Shown: positions 15,572 to 24,503 of the stretch, one piece after another
How the letters are laid out: the number at the start of each line of letters is the position of its first letter
How positions within the stretch are numbered: the first letter of the stretch is position 1
Source: an uncultured Deinococcales bacterium
GTDB taxonomy: Bacteria > Deinococcota > Deinococci > Deinococcales > JAAFIG01
DNA length: 64,000 nt
Reading direction: 5' to 3'
NCBI GenBank assembly: GCA_964247135.1
Contig: CAXTTL010000002.1
Span: 7,693 to 71,692 of the forward strand
Translations under genes and position numbers: made by a program
The notes under the pieces: model-generated
Databases searched by the model: none
What the model saw: the letters and a program-made list of their open reading frames with translations, nothing else
Told to the model about the DNA's origin: nothing

Positions 15572-18043
15572 TTAGCGCGGGTAGTAACGCCAGGCGTACC
15601 TGGCGGGGACCGTGGTACGGCTGGTCACCTCAACCCCAATTTCACCCAATTGTCCGGTGATTGAAACGACTTTGCCAACCAGAATATTCCAGCCTTGTTT
15701 GAGTTGCGCATTGACGCTGACGCTGACGACTGCCCCACTCGTGCCTTGACACGTTCCGGTGACATTGACATCGCCATCGACATACACCACAAAGGCTTGC
15801 TCGAGTCCGATTTTTGGTGGCGTGGTGATGGCATCATTACTGAGGATCAGTGATCCATATTTACCAGCACTGGGAGCACCAAATTGACGTTCTGAACCTT
15901 TGACCGTACTCGGGCTAAACGTCAGGTTTGGTGTTCCGTTGGTGCAATACGTCGCCAGCAAGGTGGCAGGGTCGCTTAAAACTGCCGGCACGGGTAAGTC
16001 ATAACTGACAAGCCCTGCTGCGCTGATGGGTGTCGTGTAATTGGCAAGCGTTGGATCATTTGAGGTTGCCGATAAGAAATCTCCGACCTGTCCAGACCAT
16101 TGCAAAATGGTTTGGGTGGCTTTGTTGACCGCAAACGGGGCTGCCAAAGTTGTCAAGACCAAAGGCGCAGTTTTGGTCACGCCATCACCGACCGCTTTCA
16201 GCTCGAGGTTGATTGTTTGAGCGGCTGCATTGCTTGCCACGGCAAGCACCAGGGTTCCATTCGTGCCTGCAATGTCGATTGGCGTAGCGCTAACACCTGT
16301 TGGCAGCGCTACACCGCCTGAACCCTGCAAGCTGACACTCACAGCACCGGTCACTCCAGCACGGGTCAAGGTAACAGCGACATTGCCTGTATAGGTTGGT
16401 TCGATGGTCAGGGCGGCGGTTGACGCCAACGTAAAATCGGGCTTGGCACTCACCGTTAGGCTGAGCGGCGCGGTTTTCACAATCCCACCGCCTTCAGCTT
16501 TAAGCTCGAGGTTATAGATTTGTGGCGCGACACCCGCAGCCACATTCACGGTCAGCGTTGTACCAGCCAAGCTCGAGGTGATACCCGTGGGTGCAGGAGT
16601 GCCGCCCGCAGTTTGCAGGCTGACGTTGATGGTTGCCGTAAAATTGGTACGCGTCAGGGTAATGCCCACCGTGCCAGATTTGGCTTGTTCAATACTCAAA
16701 CTGCTTGGGGTGCTCGAGAGTGTAAAGTTTGGTGTTGCGGTGACCGTCAGGGTAAACGGAGTTGTTTTGGTGGCGCCGCCACCGACGGCTTTGACCTCGA
16801 GCGCGTAATTTTGGGCAAGGGTAGTTGCTGCCACGGCGATGTTCAGCGTGCCAGTGTTGCCCGTTGCCGTGGCGTTTGCGGCACTGATGCCTGTTGGTAA
16901 ACTTGTCCCGTTTGCGCCCTGCAAGCTGAGGATGATGCCGGCGGTCAAGTTGTTACGAACAATGGTAGCGACCGTACTGCCCGTTTTGCCCTGCTCGAGG
17001 CTGAGCGTCACGGGGTTGAGCGCCACCGAGAAATCTGAGACGGCTGGTGCGACAACATTCACGCTTAAGGCTTTGACTTTGGTGATGCCACCCGCCACAG
17101 CTTTGACCTCGAGCGTATAAGTTTGCGCGGCGACGCTGGCAGCGACAACAACTTGAATACTGCCTGTGAGTGCCGCAATGGTCGCGCCCGTCGATGTAAC
17201 TCCTGCCGGTAAGGCTGCCCCGCCCGCACCTTGCAAGCTGATTGCCGCATCGCCGGTCAGGTTGGTGCGCGTTAAGGTCACGGCAACCGTACCCGCTTGA
17301 CCCTGTGTGACCGTCAAATCGCTGGGGTTTAACTCGAGCACCAAATCACTGACGCCTGGCGCGGTGACATTCAAGAGCAACGGTGTCGTTTTGGTGATTC
17401 CACCACCGACGGCTTTGACCTCGAGCGAGTGTTCTTTGATGGCGGTGGTGTTGGCGACGACAATGTTAAAACTGCCCCCAGTGGCATTGGCTGTGAATGT
17501 TGCGCTGATTCCTGCTGGAAGTGCTGCCCCGCCCGCACTTTGCAGACTGACAACTATCGGGTCGGTCAAATTGGTGCGGGTCAAACTGACATTGACCGTA
17601 CCAGATTGACCTTGAACCACACCAAGACTGGCGGGGTCGATGCTCAGGCTAAAGGTTTTTGCCGTTTCGACGATCAAATTAAAAGCCACCGTTTGGCTTG
17701 CGCCACTGGCGCTGCCTTTGACTTGAAGCGCATAGGTTTTTGCCGCCAAGCTGCTGCTTGCCGCAATGTTCAGCGAACCCGTGCCACCCGTGACTGGGTT
17801 GGGACTGAAGGTGCCGCTTAAACCTGCGGGCAATACCGAACCATCTGCTTGCTCGAGCACCAAATCAATCGGCGTGGTGTCGTTGGCATCCCGTTCGACG
17901 GTCAGGGTAATCGAACCAGAAGCGCCCTGGGACAGCGTTAAATCTTGGGCTTTGAGTTTAAACGTGGTCTGGATGGTTGGATTGCAAGCCATCAAGATCA
18001 TGAAAAGAATCGGTGCAAGCAGGCTGTGTACAGATCGTTTCAT
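15572..18043 (-). CDS. Large cell-surface lipoprotein with six tandem Ig-like repeats and a unique C-terminal domain
   Basis: 823 aa. Lipobox ILFMILMACN. Six ~100-aa repeats with the recurring pattern ..L.V.QG.SGTV.V.LTRTN.T..I.VSLQ.AGG.ALP.G......G......A.....Y.LEVKAVGGG.TKT.PL.L.V. Confidence 0.85.
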   Translation of the reverse strand: MKRSVHSLLAPILFMILMACNPTIQTTFKLKAQDLTLSQGASGSITLTVERDANDTTPIDLVLEQADGSVLPAGLSGTFSPNPVTGGTGSLNIAASSSLAAKTYALQVKGSASGASQTVAFNLIVETAKTFSLSIDPASLGVVQGQSGTVNVSLTRTNLTDPIVVSLQSAGGAALPAGISATFTANATGGSFNIVVANTTAIKEHSLEVKAVGGGITKTTPLLLNVTAPGVSDLVLELNPSDLTVTQGQAGTVAVTLTRTNLTGDAAISLQGAGGAALPAGVTSTGATIAALTGSIQVVVAASVAAQTYTLEVKAVAGGITKVKALSVNVVAPAVSDFSVALNPVTLSLEQGKTGSTVATIVRNNLTAGIILSLQGANGTSLPTGISAANATATGNTGTLNIAVAATTLAQNYALEVKAVGGGATKTTPFTLTVTATPNFTLSSTPSSLSIEQAKSGTVGITLTRTNFTATINVSLQTAGGTPAPTGITSSLAGTTLTVNVAAGVAPQIYNLELKAEGGGIVKTAPLSLTVSAKPDFTLASTAALTIEPTYTGNVAVTLTRAGVTGAVSVSLQGSGGVALPTGVSATPIDIAGTNGTLVLAVASNAAAQTINLELKAVGDGVTKTAPLVLTTLAAPFAVNKATQTILQWSGQVGDFLSATSNDPTLANYTTPISAAGLVSYDLPVPAVLSDPATLLATYCTNGTPNLTFSPSTVKGSERQFGAPSAGKYGSLILSNDAITTPPKIGLEQAFVVYVDGDVNVTGTCQGTSGAVVSVSVNAQLKQGWNILVGKVVSITGQLGEIGVEVTSRTTVPARYAWRYYPR
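16155..17962 (-). repeat. Six in-frame tandem repeats of ~300 bp (diverged) inside the lipoprotein gene
   Basis: Repeat boundaries were read from the translated protein (aa ~28-630). DNA identity between units is partial, and each unit carries CTCGAG at equivalent positions (L-E of LEVKA). Confidence 0.75.
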
Positions 18044-18156
18044 AGTTACCCCTTATGAATGCTTTCTTTAGAAACTATATGGGAGCAGCATGATCGAACC
18101 GTGAGGGACGCTGAAAATGTGATTTAAATGTGATGTGCTTGAGCTTTCAAACAACC

Positions 18157-19077
18157 TTAAGGCAGTTTCTCGAGTGTTAATCTCATCGCGCCCGCCAGCA
18201 CTTCCCCAGGCGCCAGAACCTTGACGCCCGTATTCTGTATACCCTGTGCCATCAAATTAAAACCGTCCGTGCAATGCGAGACAGGCTCGAGCGCCACCGT
18301 GCCGTCGGGGTCGCCGTTAAAGACCACAAAATGCGTGTAAATCGGGTCGCCCTCGATCCGTAAACCGTAGCCGCTGCCAGTCCATTCAAACGTTGCCACG
18401 CCGTCCCAACCGTTGTAAACATTGTCAATAAAAAATCCGGTCACGGCTTTGGAACTCGAGAAATCCAGTTCGGGCGGAATCGCCTGGCTGCCCCCGTCGG
18501 GAATGCGGGTGGTGTCGGTCAAGTACACGCTTTTCGCCTGAAATTGCAGCTTTGGCGCGGCGCTCGAGCCTGAGAACGTGGGCATAAAATACGGGTGATA
18601 ACCCAGTCCAGCCGGCATGGATTCAGCCCCAACGTTTTGCAGCTCGAGGTGCGAGACGAACAAATCACCCTCGAGCGAATACCTGGTTTTGAAGGTGTAA
18701 GAAAACGGATAATTGGAATCGGTCACGGTTCTGGAGTCGTAAAAAAACTCGAGCGCATTTTCCTGGCGGGTCATGTCCAGTGGACGGTTGCGAATGTCGC
18801 CGTGAATCGTCAATAGCCCGTCCGCCCAATTGGGTTTCATGTGGTATTCACGACCTTCAAACACAAACGTGTTGTTTTTAATGCGGTTCGAATACGGTGC
18901 AAGGTTGTAACTCGAGAAATTAGCGCTGTTTTCACCCTCGAGCAAAGCTGGATTTGTTGGACGCATCACTGCTCGCCATGCGCCGTTCGCCATCGCCTCG
19001 AGTGCGACAGGACTCGCGCCCAAACGCGGGTGAACGGCAAGTTTCCAAAAGTTGTTCTCTAAAATTTCGATGCTCAT
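18157..19077 (-). CDS. Aldose 1-epimerase (galactose mutarotase-like) family protein, paralog 1
   Basis: 306 aa. FSSYNLAPYSNRIKNNTFVFEGREYHMKPN...IHGDIRNRP...GLGYHPYF...EPVSHCTDGFNL. Confidence 0.8.
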   Translation of the reverse strand: MSIEILENNFWKLAVHPRLGASPVALEAMANGAWRAVMRPTNPALLEGENSANFSSYNLAPYSNRIKNNTFVFEGREYHMKPNWADGLLTIHGDIRNRPLDMTRQENALEFFYDSRTVTDSNYPFSYTFKTRYSLEGDLFVSHLELQNVGAESMPAGLGYHPYFMPTFSGSSAAPKLQFQAKSVYLTDTTRIPDGGSQAIPPELDFSSSKAVTGFFIDNVYNGWDGVATFEWTGSGYGLRIEGDPIYTHFVVFNGDPDGTVALEPVSHCTDGFNLMAQGIQNTGVKVLAPGEVLAGAMRLTLEKLP

Positions 19078-19087
19078 CGGGTTTAGT

Positions 19088-19999
19088 TTAACCTTGGAAA
19101 CTCAATCGCACCCAACCAATCAATTTCTCGTTAGGCTCGAGCACCCGAACGCCCGTGTGTTCAACCCCTCGCGCCAGCAAATTAAAACCGTCCGTGCAAT
19201 GCGAAATCGGCTCGACCGCCAAAGCGCCATCTGGCGAGGCGTACACGCACAAATGCGAAAACACTTCACTCGCCTCAAGCTTCAAAATTTTGGTCGCCGC
19301 ATTTGGCAGATCGTACTCGAGGAGCGCAGTGCCATCCCAACTGCCGAAGACATGGTTGAGTGCCGTGTCGCCAACAAAACGCGCCCTCGAGAAATCGTAA
19401 TTTGGGGGAATTGGTTTCATGCCTGACGTCGGAATGAAACTCGAGTCGGTTTCGTAAATTCCAGCCGCGTCAAACTGAAGTTGCACATGGTTGCTGGCGT
19501 GTAATTGGCGCACTAAATACGGATGCAAACCAAACCCTGCCGGCATTCTGGTACCGCCAACATTCTCGAGTTCGAGTTGCGTCTCAAAAACATTGTCTTT
19601 CAGAGTGTAAATCAGTTTCATGCGGATTGGAAACGGAAAGTTGAAATCTGCGAAATCCCTCGAGTCCAAAATACACTCAAGCGCGTTATCATCTCGAGTC
19701 ACAGCCCAAGGACGATTTCGCACGTCACCGTGCTGGGTGCTGCCATCGCTCGAGGTGGATCGGAGTTGATACTCTCGGTTTTCAAACACGAACTTGGCAT
19801 CCCGAATCCGATTGGAAAACGGGGCAAGCGTAAAACTCGAGAACGGACTGGCAGAATTTCCAGCCACTGCCGATTCAGGCGTGACCCGCATCAAGTTTTG
19901 CAGGCTCGAGCCTTGCTTGGCACCCAAAGACTTGATGCTCGCGCCCACGTTCGGCACAACCTCGAGTTTCCAAAATTCGTTCTCCAAACGTTCGATCAT
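19088..19999 (-). CDS. Aldose 1-epimerase family protein, paralog 2
   Basis: 303 aa, colinear with paralog 1 (FSSFTLAPFSNRIRDAKFVFENREYQL...QHGDVRNRPW...GFGLHPYL...EPISHCTDGFNL). Only 10 nt separate the two genes. Confidence 0.8.
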   Translation of the reverse strand: MIERLENEFWKLEVVPNVGASIKSLGAKQGSSLQNLMRVTPESAVAGNSASPFSSFTLAPFSNRIRDAKFVFENREYQLRSTSSDGSTQHGDVRNRPWAVTRDDNALECILDSRDFADFNFPFPIRMKLIYTLKDNVFETQLELENVGGTRMPAGFGLHPYLVRQLHASNHVQLQFDAAGIYETDSSFIPTSGMKPIPPNYDFSRARFVGDTALNHVFGSWDGTALLEYDLPNAATKILKLEASEVFSHLCVYASPDGALAVEPISHCTDGFNLLARGVEHTGVRVLEPNEKLIGWVRLSFQG

Positions 20000-20005
20000 G
20001 TCTCG

Positions 20006-20011
20006 AGTTTA
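20006..20011 (-). promoter_or_regulatory. Putative -10 box (TAAACT) placed for a leaderless epimerase mRNA
   Basis: The minus strand reads GCTAAACT-CGAGAC-ATG (start at 19999), a 6-nt spacer. Nearly identical to the 12048 element. Confidence 0.45.
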
Positions 20012-20060
20012 GCGTGTTTTGAACCTGAAAAAAACCTGCGCCCTTGATCTCGAGGCAATT

Positions 20061-20280
20061 TTGCGCCATGATGTGAGGGCGTCGATCCGCAGGAGTACCA
20101 AAGATTTAAACCTCGAGCGAACCAGGGACGGTGTGAGCCTGGTGGTGAGGACTTTGCGAAAGGCAGCGGGGAGCAGATGTAGAAAAGAGCTTTGGGATTT
20201 CCCGAAGAACTGGGGTGGAACCGCGCAGTGTTTACTGCGTCCCCAGGTGGCATTAGAAGCCGCCTGGACTTTTTGTTTTG
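20061..20280 (+). promoter_or_regulatory. T-box riboswitch leader, glycine-specific (GGC specifier), with intrinsic terminator
   Basis: Stem I elements GAGUA, AG-bay AGCGA and the distal CCAGGGACGGUGUGAGCCUGG. Specifier loop GAAAGGCAG with GGC at 20162-64. T-box sequence ACUGGGGUGGAACCGCG (20208-25), with UGGA to pair with a UCCA 3' end. Terminator CCAGGUGGC-AUUAGAA-GCCGCCUGG (20243-67) followed by ACUUUUUGUUUU. Colinear with my recollection of the B. subtilis glyQS leader. Confidence 0.8.
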
Positions 20281-20320
20281 GCGCAATCCAACTTCTGATG
20301 CAGCAATGAAGGAGGGTTTT

Positions 20321-21853
20321 ATGCCAGCGCAGTCGATGGACGAACTCGTTTCTCTTTGTAAACGCCGTGGGTTCATTTTCCCAGGCAGTGACATTTACGG
20401 TGGCTTGCAGGGGACGTATGATTACGGTCCTTTGGGAGTTGAGTTAAAGAACAACCTCAAAGCCGCCTGGTGGCGTTCGATGATTTACGAACGCGATGAC
20501 ATCGAAGGGCTTGACGCCAGCATTTTGACGCACAAGATGGTCTTGCGTCACAGCGGTCACGAGGCGACCTTCACCGACCCGATGGTGGACAACCGCACGA
20601 ACAAAAAGCGTTACCGTCTTGATCACCTTTTAAAAGATCAAAAGCCCGAGATCATCTCGAGCATCGCGGCATCGTTTGGTTTTGAGGGTGAAGGTGTGGA
20701 TGCCCTCTCGAGCGCCATGACCAAAAACCCTGAAAAAGCCGAAACTGCTTTAAACGCAGGCAAAGCGCTTGACCCTGACGATGGCAAACCAGGCAATTGG
20801 ACTGCGCCGCGACCATTCAACATGATGTTCAAAACCACGGTTGGACCTGTGGCGGACGAAGAAAGTTACGCCTACCTGCGTCCCGAAACCGCGCAAGGCA
20901 TTTTCACGAACTTCAAAAACGTTGTGGATTCAACCTCGAGACGCCTGCCATTCGGCATTGCGCAAATCGGCAAGTCATTTCGCAACGAAATCACGCCCCG
21001 CAACTTTATTTTCCGCGTCCGCGAATTCGAGCAGATGGAACTCGAGTTTTTTGTGACCCCAGGCACGGACGACGAATGGCACGCCACCTGGGTCGAAACC
21101 CGTTTGCAATGGTGGCGCGACCAGGGACTCGAGAGCAACAACCTCGAGCCTTACCATCAAAGCAAAGAAGACCTCTCGCATTACTCCAAAGCCACGGTGG
21201 ACATTCTCTACCGTTTTCCACACGGACTCGAGGAACTTGAGGGCATTGCCAACCGCACCGATTTTGATTTGGGATCGCACACGCGCGGCAACGATTCGCT
21301 CGGGATTCAAGCCAACGTCGAACCGAACACCGACAGCACCGAAAAACTGACGATTCCGCACCCAGAAACCCAAAAACCGATTGTGCCGTTCGTGATCGAA
21401 CCCTCGGCTGGCGTGGACCGTGGCGTGCTGGCGGTCTTGACCGAAGCGTTTACAAAAGAAACGCTCGAGAATGGTTCGGAACGCATCGTGCTCAAATTGC
21501 GCCCGCACCTTGCGCCAATCAAAGTTGCCGTGATTCCACTCGCCAAGAACAAGCTCGAGATTACCGATGTGGCACGCAAACTGAAAAAAGATTTGCAAGC
21601 CATCGGCTTTGGGCGCGTGCTTTACGAAGACACGGGCAACATTGGTAAAGCCTACCGCCGTCACGACGAGGTTGGCACGCCGTTCTGTATCACCGTCGAT
21701 TTTGACACCATAGGACAGGGCAACAAGGACTCGAGCGAACCGAGTGACCCGAACTTGTTGGGCACGGTCACGGTGCGCAACCGTGATACGATGGCACAAG
21801 AACGCATTGCAATGAAAGAACTGCCAGCGTACTTGCTCGAGCGACTGCGCTAG
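20321..21853 (+). CDS. glyQS: Glycine--tRNA ligase (homodimeric class II type)
   Basis: Start moved from 20192 to the ATG at 20321, which has AAGGAGGG 5 nt upstream. [39 protein letters not shown]...[25 protein letters not shown]...EPSAGVDR. Confidence 0.95.
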   Translation: MPAQSMDELVSLCKRRGFIFPGSDIYGGLQGTYDYGPLGVELKNNLKAAWWRSMIYERDDIEGLDASILTHKMVLRHSGHEATFTDPMVDNRTNKKRYRLDHLLKDQKPEIISSIAASFGFEGEGVDALSSAMTKNPEKAETALNAGKALDPDDGKPGNWTAPRPFNMMFKTTVGPVADEESYAYLRPETAQGIFTNFKNVVDSTSRRLPFGIAQIGKSFRNEITPRNFIFRVREFEQMELEFFVTPGTDDEWHATWVETRLQWWRDQGLESNNLEPYHQSKEDLSHYSKATVDILYRFPHGLEELEGIANRTDFDLGSHTRGNDSLGIQANVEPNTDSTEKLTIPHPETQKPIVPFVIEPSAGVDRGVLAVLTEAFTKETLENGSERIVLKLRPHLAPIKVAVIPLAKNKLEITDVARKLKKDLQAIGFGRVLYEDTGNIGKAYRRHDEVGTPFCITVDFDTIGQGNKDSSEPSDPNLLGTVTVRNRDTMAQERIAMKELPAYLLERLR

Positions 21854-21933
21854 ATTTTTCGAGTAACAATGGGGGTGAGCTTATCAATATTCCAGTCAGA
21901 ACAGGTTTCTCCTGGGTTGGTGCGCTCATCCTT

Positions 21934-22368
21934 TTGTTGGTGGTTGGGCTTTTGGTGTTTGCTATTTTGCGGGTGATTTCAGATCAAAATGCAAAGCAAT
22001 TTGCCATTCCGTTTTACGTGCTTTTGATGCTGTTTTTTGTCTTGTTGTTTACGCTGCCCCAACGGGCGCTCAAATACCGCCTCGAGAATCAAAAACTCGA
22101 GATTCGGTATTGGTTTGGGCATCACGGGATCGATTTACAAAATGCAAAACCCGAGGTTATTCAAATCAAAACTGGATGGCGTTTTTTTGGTATCAGTACA
22201 GGTTTTTACAATGCGGGTTTGTTCAGCGTGAACGGACAGCAGATGCGAGTTTACGGTTCTCTTTTGAACGGTGATGTGATTGTCATTCGTCAAGCTGGCA
22301 AAAATACGATTATCACCCCAGCCGACCCGCAAGCCTTTTTGAAACTGGTTGAAGAATCTCGAGTTTAA
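21934..22368 (+). CDS. Membrane protein with bacterial PH (bPH_2/YdbS-like) domain
   Basis: Two TM helices, then RALKYRLENQKLEIRYWFGHHGIDL...VIVIRQAGKNTIITPADPQAFLKLV. The TTG start from the track is uncertain. The open frame continues upstream (..INIPVRTGFSWVGALILL) without an ATG, GTG or TTG. Confidence 0.6.
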   Translation: MLVVGLLVFAILRVISDQNAKQFAIPFYVLLMLFFVLLFTLPQRALKYRLENQKLEIRYWFGHHGIDLQNAKPEVIQIKTGWRFFGISTGFYNAGLFSVNGQQMRVYGSLLNGDVIVIRQAGKNTIITPADPQAFLKLVEESRV

Positions 22369-22407
22369 AAAGTACGCCGTAAACACTTGAATGCAGTCAT
22401 CACCAAT

Positions 22408-24429
22408 TCATGCGCTCGGGTTGCCCGAGTGCTGTAAAGGCAACGAAATTTTAATTTTCGTTCCCATCCCAATTTTGCTTTCAACCTCAAAATTCCCGCC
22501 AACACTCTCCACCCGTTCACGCATTCCCAACAAGCCCAAACCCTCAGATTGCTCGAGCGAGGCGTTCATTTCAAACCCAGTCCCCGCATCGCTGACCTCG
22601 AGTTGCAATTGATTGTCCTGGCGAAAAAGATGCACTTTCTGCCCTCGTCCGCCAGCGTGTTTGAACGCGTTGGTCAGCGATTCTTGCACCAAACGGTAAA
22701 GCGTGATTTTGACTGGCAAGGGCAGTTCTTCGGGCGTCTCCTCGAGCACAAATTCGACACCTGTTTGCGAACGGCGTTTGTGGGCGTTAATCACCTTTAA
22801 GAGCGTTTCTTTTAACGACAATTGCTCGAGTTCGGGCAGGCACATGCCGCTGGCAATGGCTCGCATTTCAGCCAGCGCTCGAGCGATGGAGGCTTGAATC
22901 GTCTCGAGGTCTTTGTTTTGGGCGGCGTGAAGTTGATCGCTATCCAGTTTGAGGAGTGCAAACCCCAAATCTTGGGCTGGACCATCGTGAAGTTCGGCAC
23001 TCAAACGCCGCAAGAATTTTTCGTTCAAGGTTGTACTGCGCGTGGCTGCCAGCACCAGACGGTTGCGCAAAAGCTCGTTTTGCTCGAGCAAGAATTGCAA
23101 GGTCACGACTTTTTCTTGCAACTCTTGGCGTTGGTTTTCTATCGTTTGATTGCCAAGCTCGAGTTCTGCGGTGCGTTCTTTGACGGTTTGCTCGGCTTGC
23201 TCTTTGGCTTCGCGCTCAATCTCGGTTTTCAAGCGGTACACTTCGGTTTCGTGCTGCGCCCGCTCGAGGTCAAATTGAATCGAAAGTTGACGGGTTTTTT
23301 CTTCGCTTTCTTGGTTGAACAAGGTCTTTTCAACGCGGTGAAACTCGCGGAAATGCTGCAAGGCTTGATTGGTATCGCCCAGTCGTTCAAAGGCGTCTGC
23401 GAGCAATTCATGGGCTTCAAAAATCGCTTTCTTGCCCTCAATCTGCTCGGCTCGCTCGAGTGCCTTGCTTAAGGATTCAATCGCCTGAACTGCCTGAGAT
23501 GTTTTCAAATGCACCCGACCAATGTTCAAGAGCGTATCAATCTCGCTTTCAACATCGCCGATCTCGAGCGCACGGTCAAAAGCTTTTTGATGAAACTCGA
23601 GCGCGGTGGTGAGATTGCCCAAACCCAATTCGACCTGCCCGAGTCCGTCGAGTGCCGCGATTTCAAATTTTGGATACTTGATCTGTTGCGCCACCAACAG
23701 CACCACGTCAAAGCTTCTGGACGCATTCTCGAGTTGCCCAAGACGCTTGTAGACGTAACCCAGATTGGTTTTGGTGATTGCTTCGAGCACACTGTTTTCA
23801 AGACCTTCGAGGGTTGTTAACGCACGTTGGTATGTCTCGAGCGCTTTGGCGTCATCGGTCATGTTTTCATACAACAAACCAAGGTTGATTAAACATTGGC
23901 TCTCGATGCCGCGATCATGAATTCGTTCACGCACCAACGCATGGGCATCACTGAGGGCGGTCAATGCCCGAGGGAAATCACCAAGTTTAATGCAAATGAT
24001 TCCCATGTTGATCAAGCAATTTGCTGCCCGACGGTCATCATTAAAACGACGGGCAACTATCAGGGCTTGAGTCAGGTCTTTGAGTGCTCGAGCGTACTCG
24101 CCATTTAGATGGTTGACCCCAGCGCGTTGGTTGAGCGCATCGGCTTCAATCAGGGCATCACCATGAACTCGAGCCAATTCCAGGGCTAAGTCAAGACGCT
24201 CGAGGGCTGTTTCAGGATTGCCCTGGTCGCGGTATACCTTGCCTTGGGCAATCAACGCTTGCGCTTGGATGTTCCAAGCGTTTTCAAATTGGGCTTGCTG
24301 GGCGGTTTGCATCAATATTTGAAGGGCTTCTTGAAAATCTGAATGCCCATACGCTTCCAGCCCAGCCGCCAGCAAACTGGCTGAAGCCTCGAGCTTGGAT
24401 TTTTGATCTGGAATCGTTTGTGTGCGCAT
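22408..24429 (-). CDS. Cytoplasmic sensor histidine kinase: TPR repeats + coiled coil + HisKA_3 + HATPase_c
   Basis: H-box LSAELHDGPAQDLGFALLKL. N, G1 and G2 boxes (LTNAFKHAGG, VSDAGTGF, GLGLLGMRERV). About 400 aa of TPR (..LINLGLLYENMTDDAKALETYQRAL..). Start at the ATG at 24429 (the alternative is 24471). No response regulator is adjacent. Confidence 0.8.
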   Translation of the reverse strand: MRTQTIPDQKSKLEASASLLAAGLEAYGHSDFQEALQILMQTAQQAQFENAWNIQAQALIAQGKVYRDQGNPETALERLDLALELARVHGDALIEADALNQRAGVNHLNGEYARALKDLTQALIVARRFNDDRRAANCLINMGIICIKLGDFPRALTALSDAHALVRERIHDRGIESQCLINLGLLYENMTDDAKALETYQRALTTLEGLENSVLEAITKTNLGYVYKRLGQLENASRSFDVVLLVAQQIKYPKFEIAALDGLGQVELGLGNLTTALEFHQKAFDRALEIGDVESEIDTLLNIGRVHLKTSQAVQAIESLSKALERAEQIEGKKAIFEAHELLADAFERLGDTNQALQHFREFHRVEKTLFNQESEEKTRQLSIQFDLERAQHETEVYRLKTEIEREAKEQAEQTVKERTAELELGNQTIENQRQELQEKVVTLQFLLEQNELLRNRLVLAATRSTTLNEKFLRRLSAELHDGPAQDLGFALLKLDSDQLHAAQNKDLETIQASIARALAEMRAIASGMCLPELEQLSLKETLLKVINAHKRRSQTGVEFVLEETPEELPLPVKITLYRLVQESLTNAFKHAGGRGQKVHLFRQDNQLQLEVSDAGTGFEMNASLEQSEGLGLLGMRERVESVGGNFEVESKIGMGTKIKISLPLQHSGNPSA

Positions 24430-24503
24430 GATGGTCGTATCCGAAGAATAGTGCCTTTTCGATACGACCACCTTAACCGATCAGGCTCGAGTTGAAATGA
24501 GGC

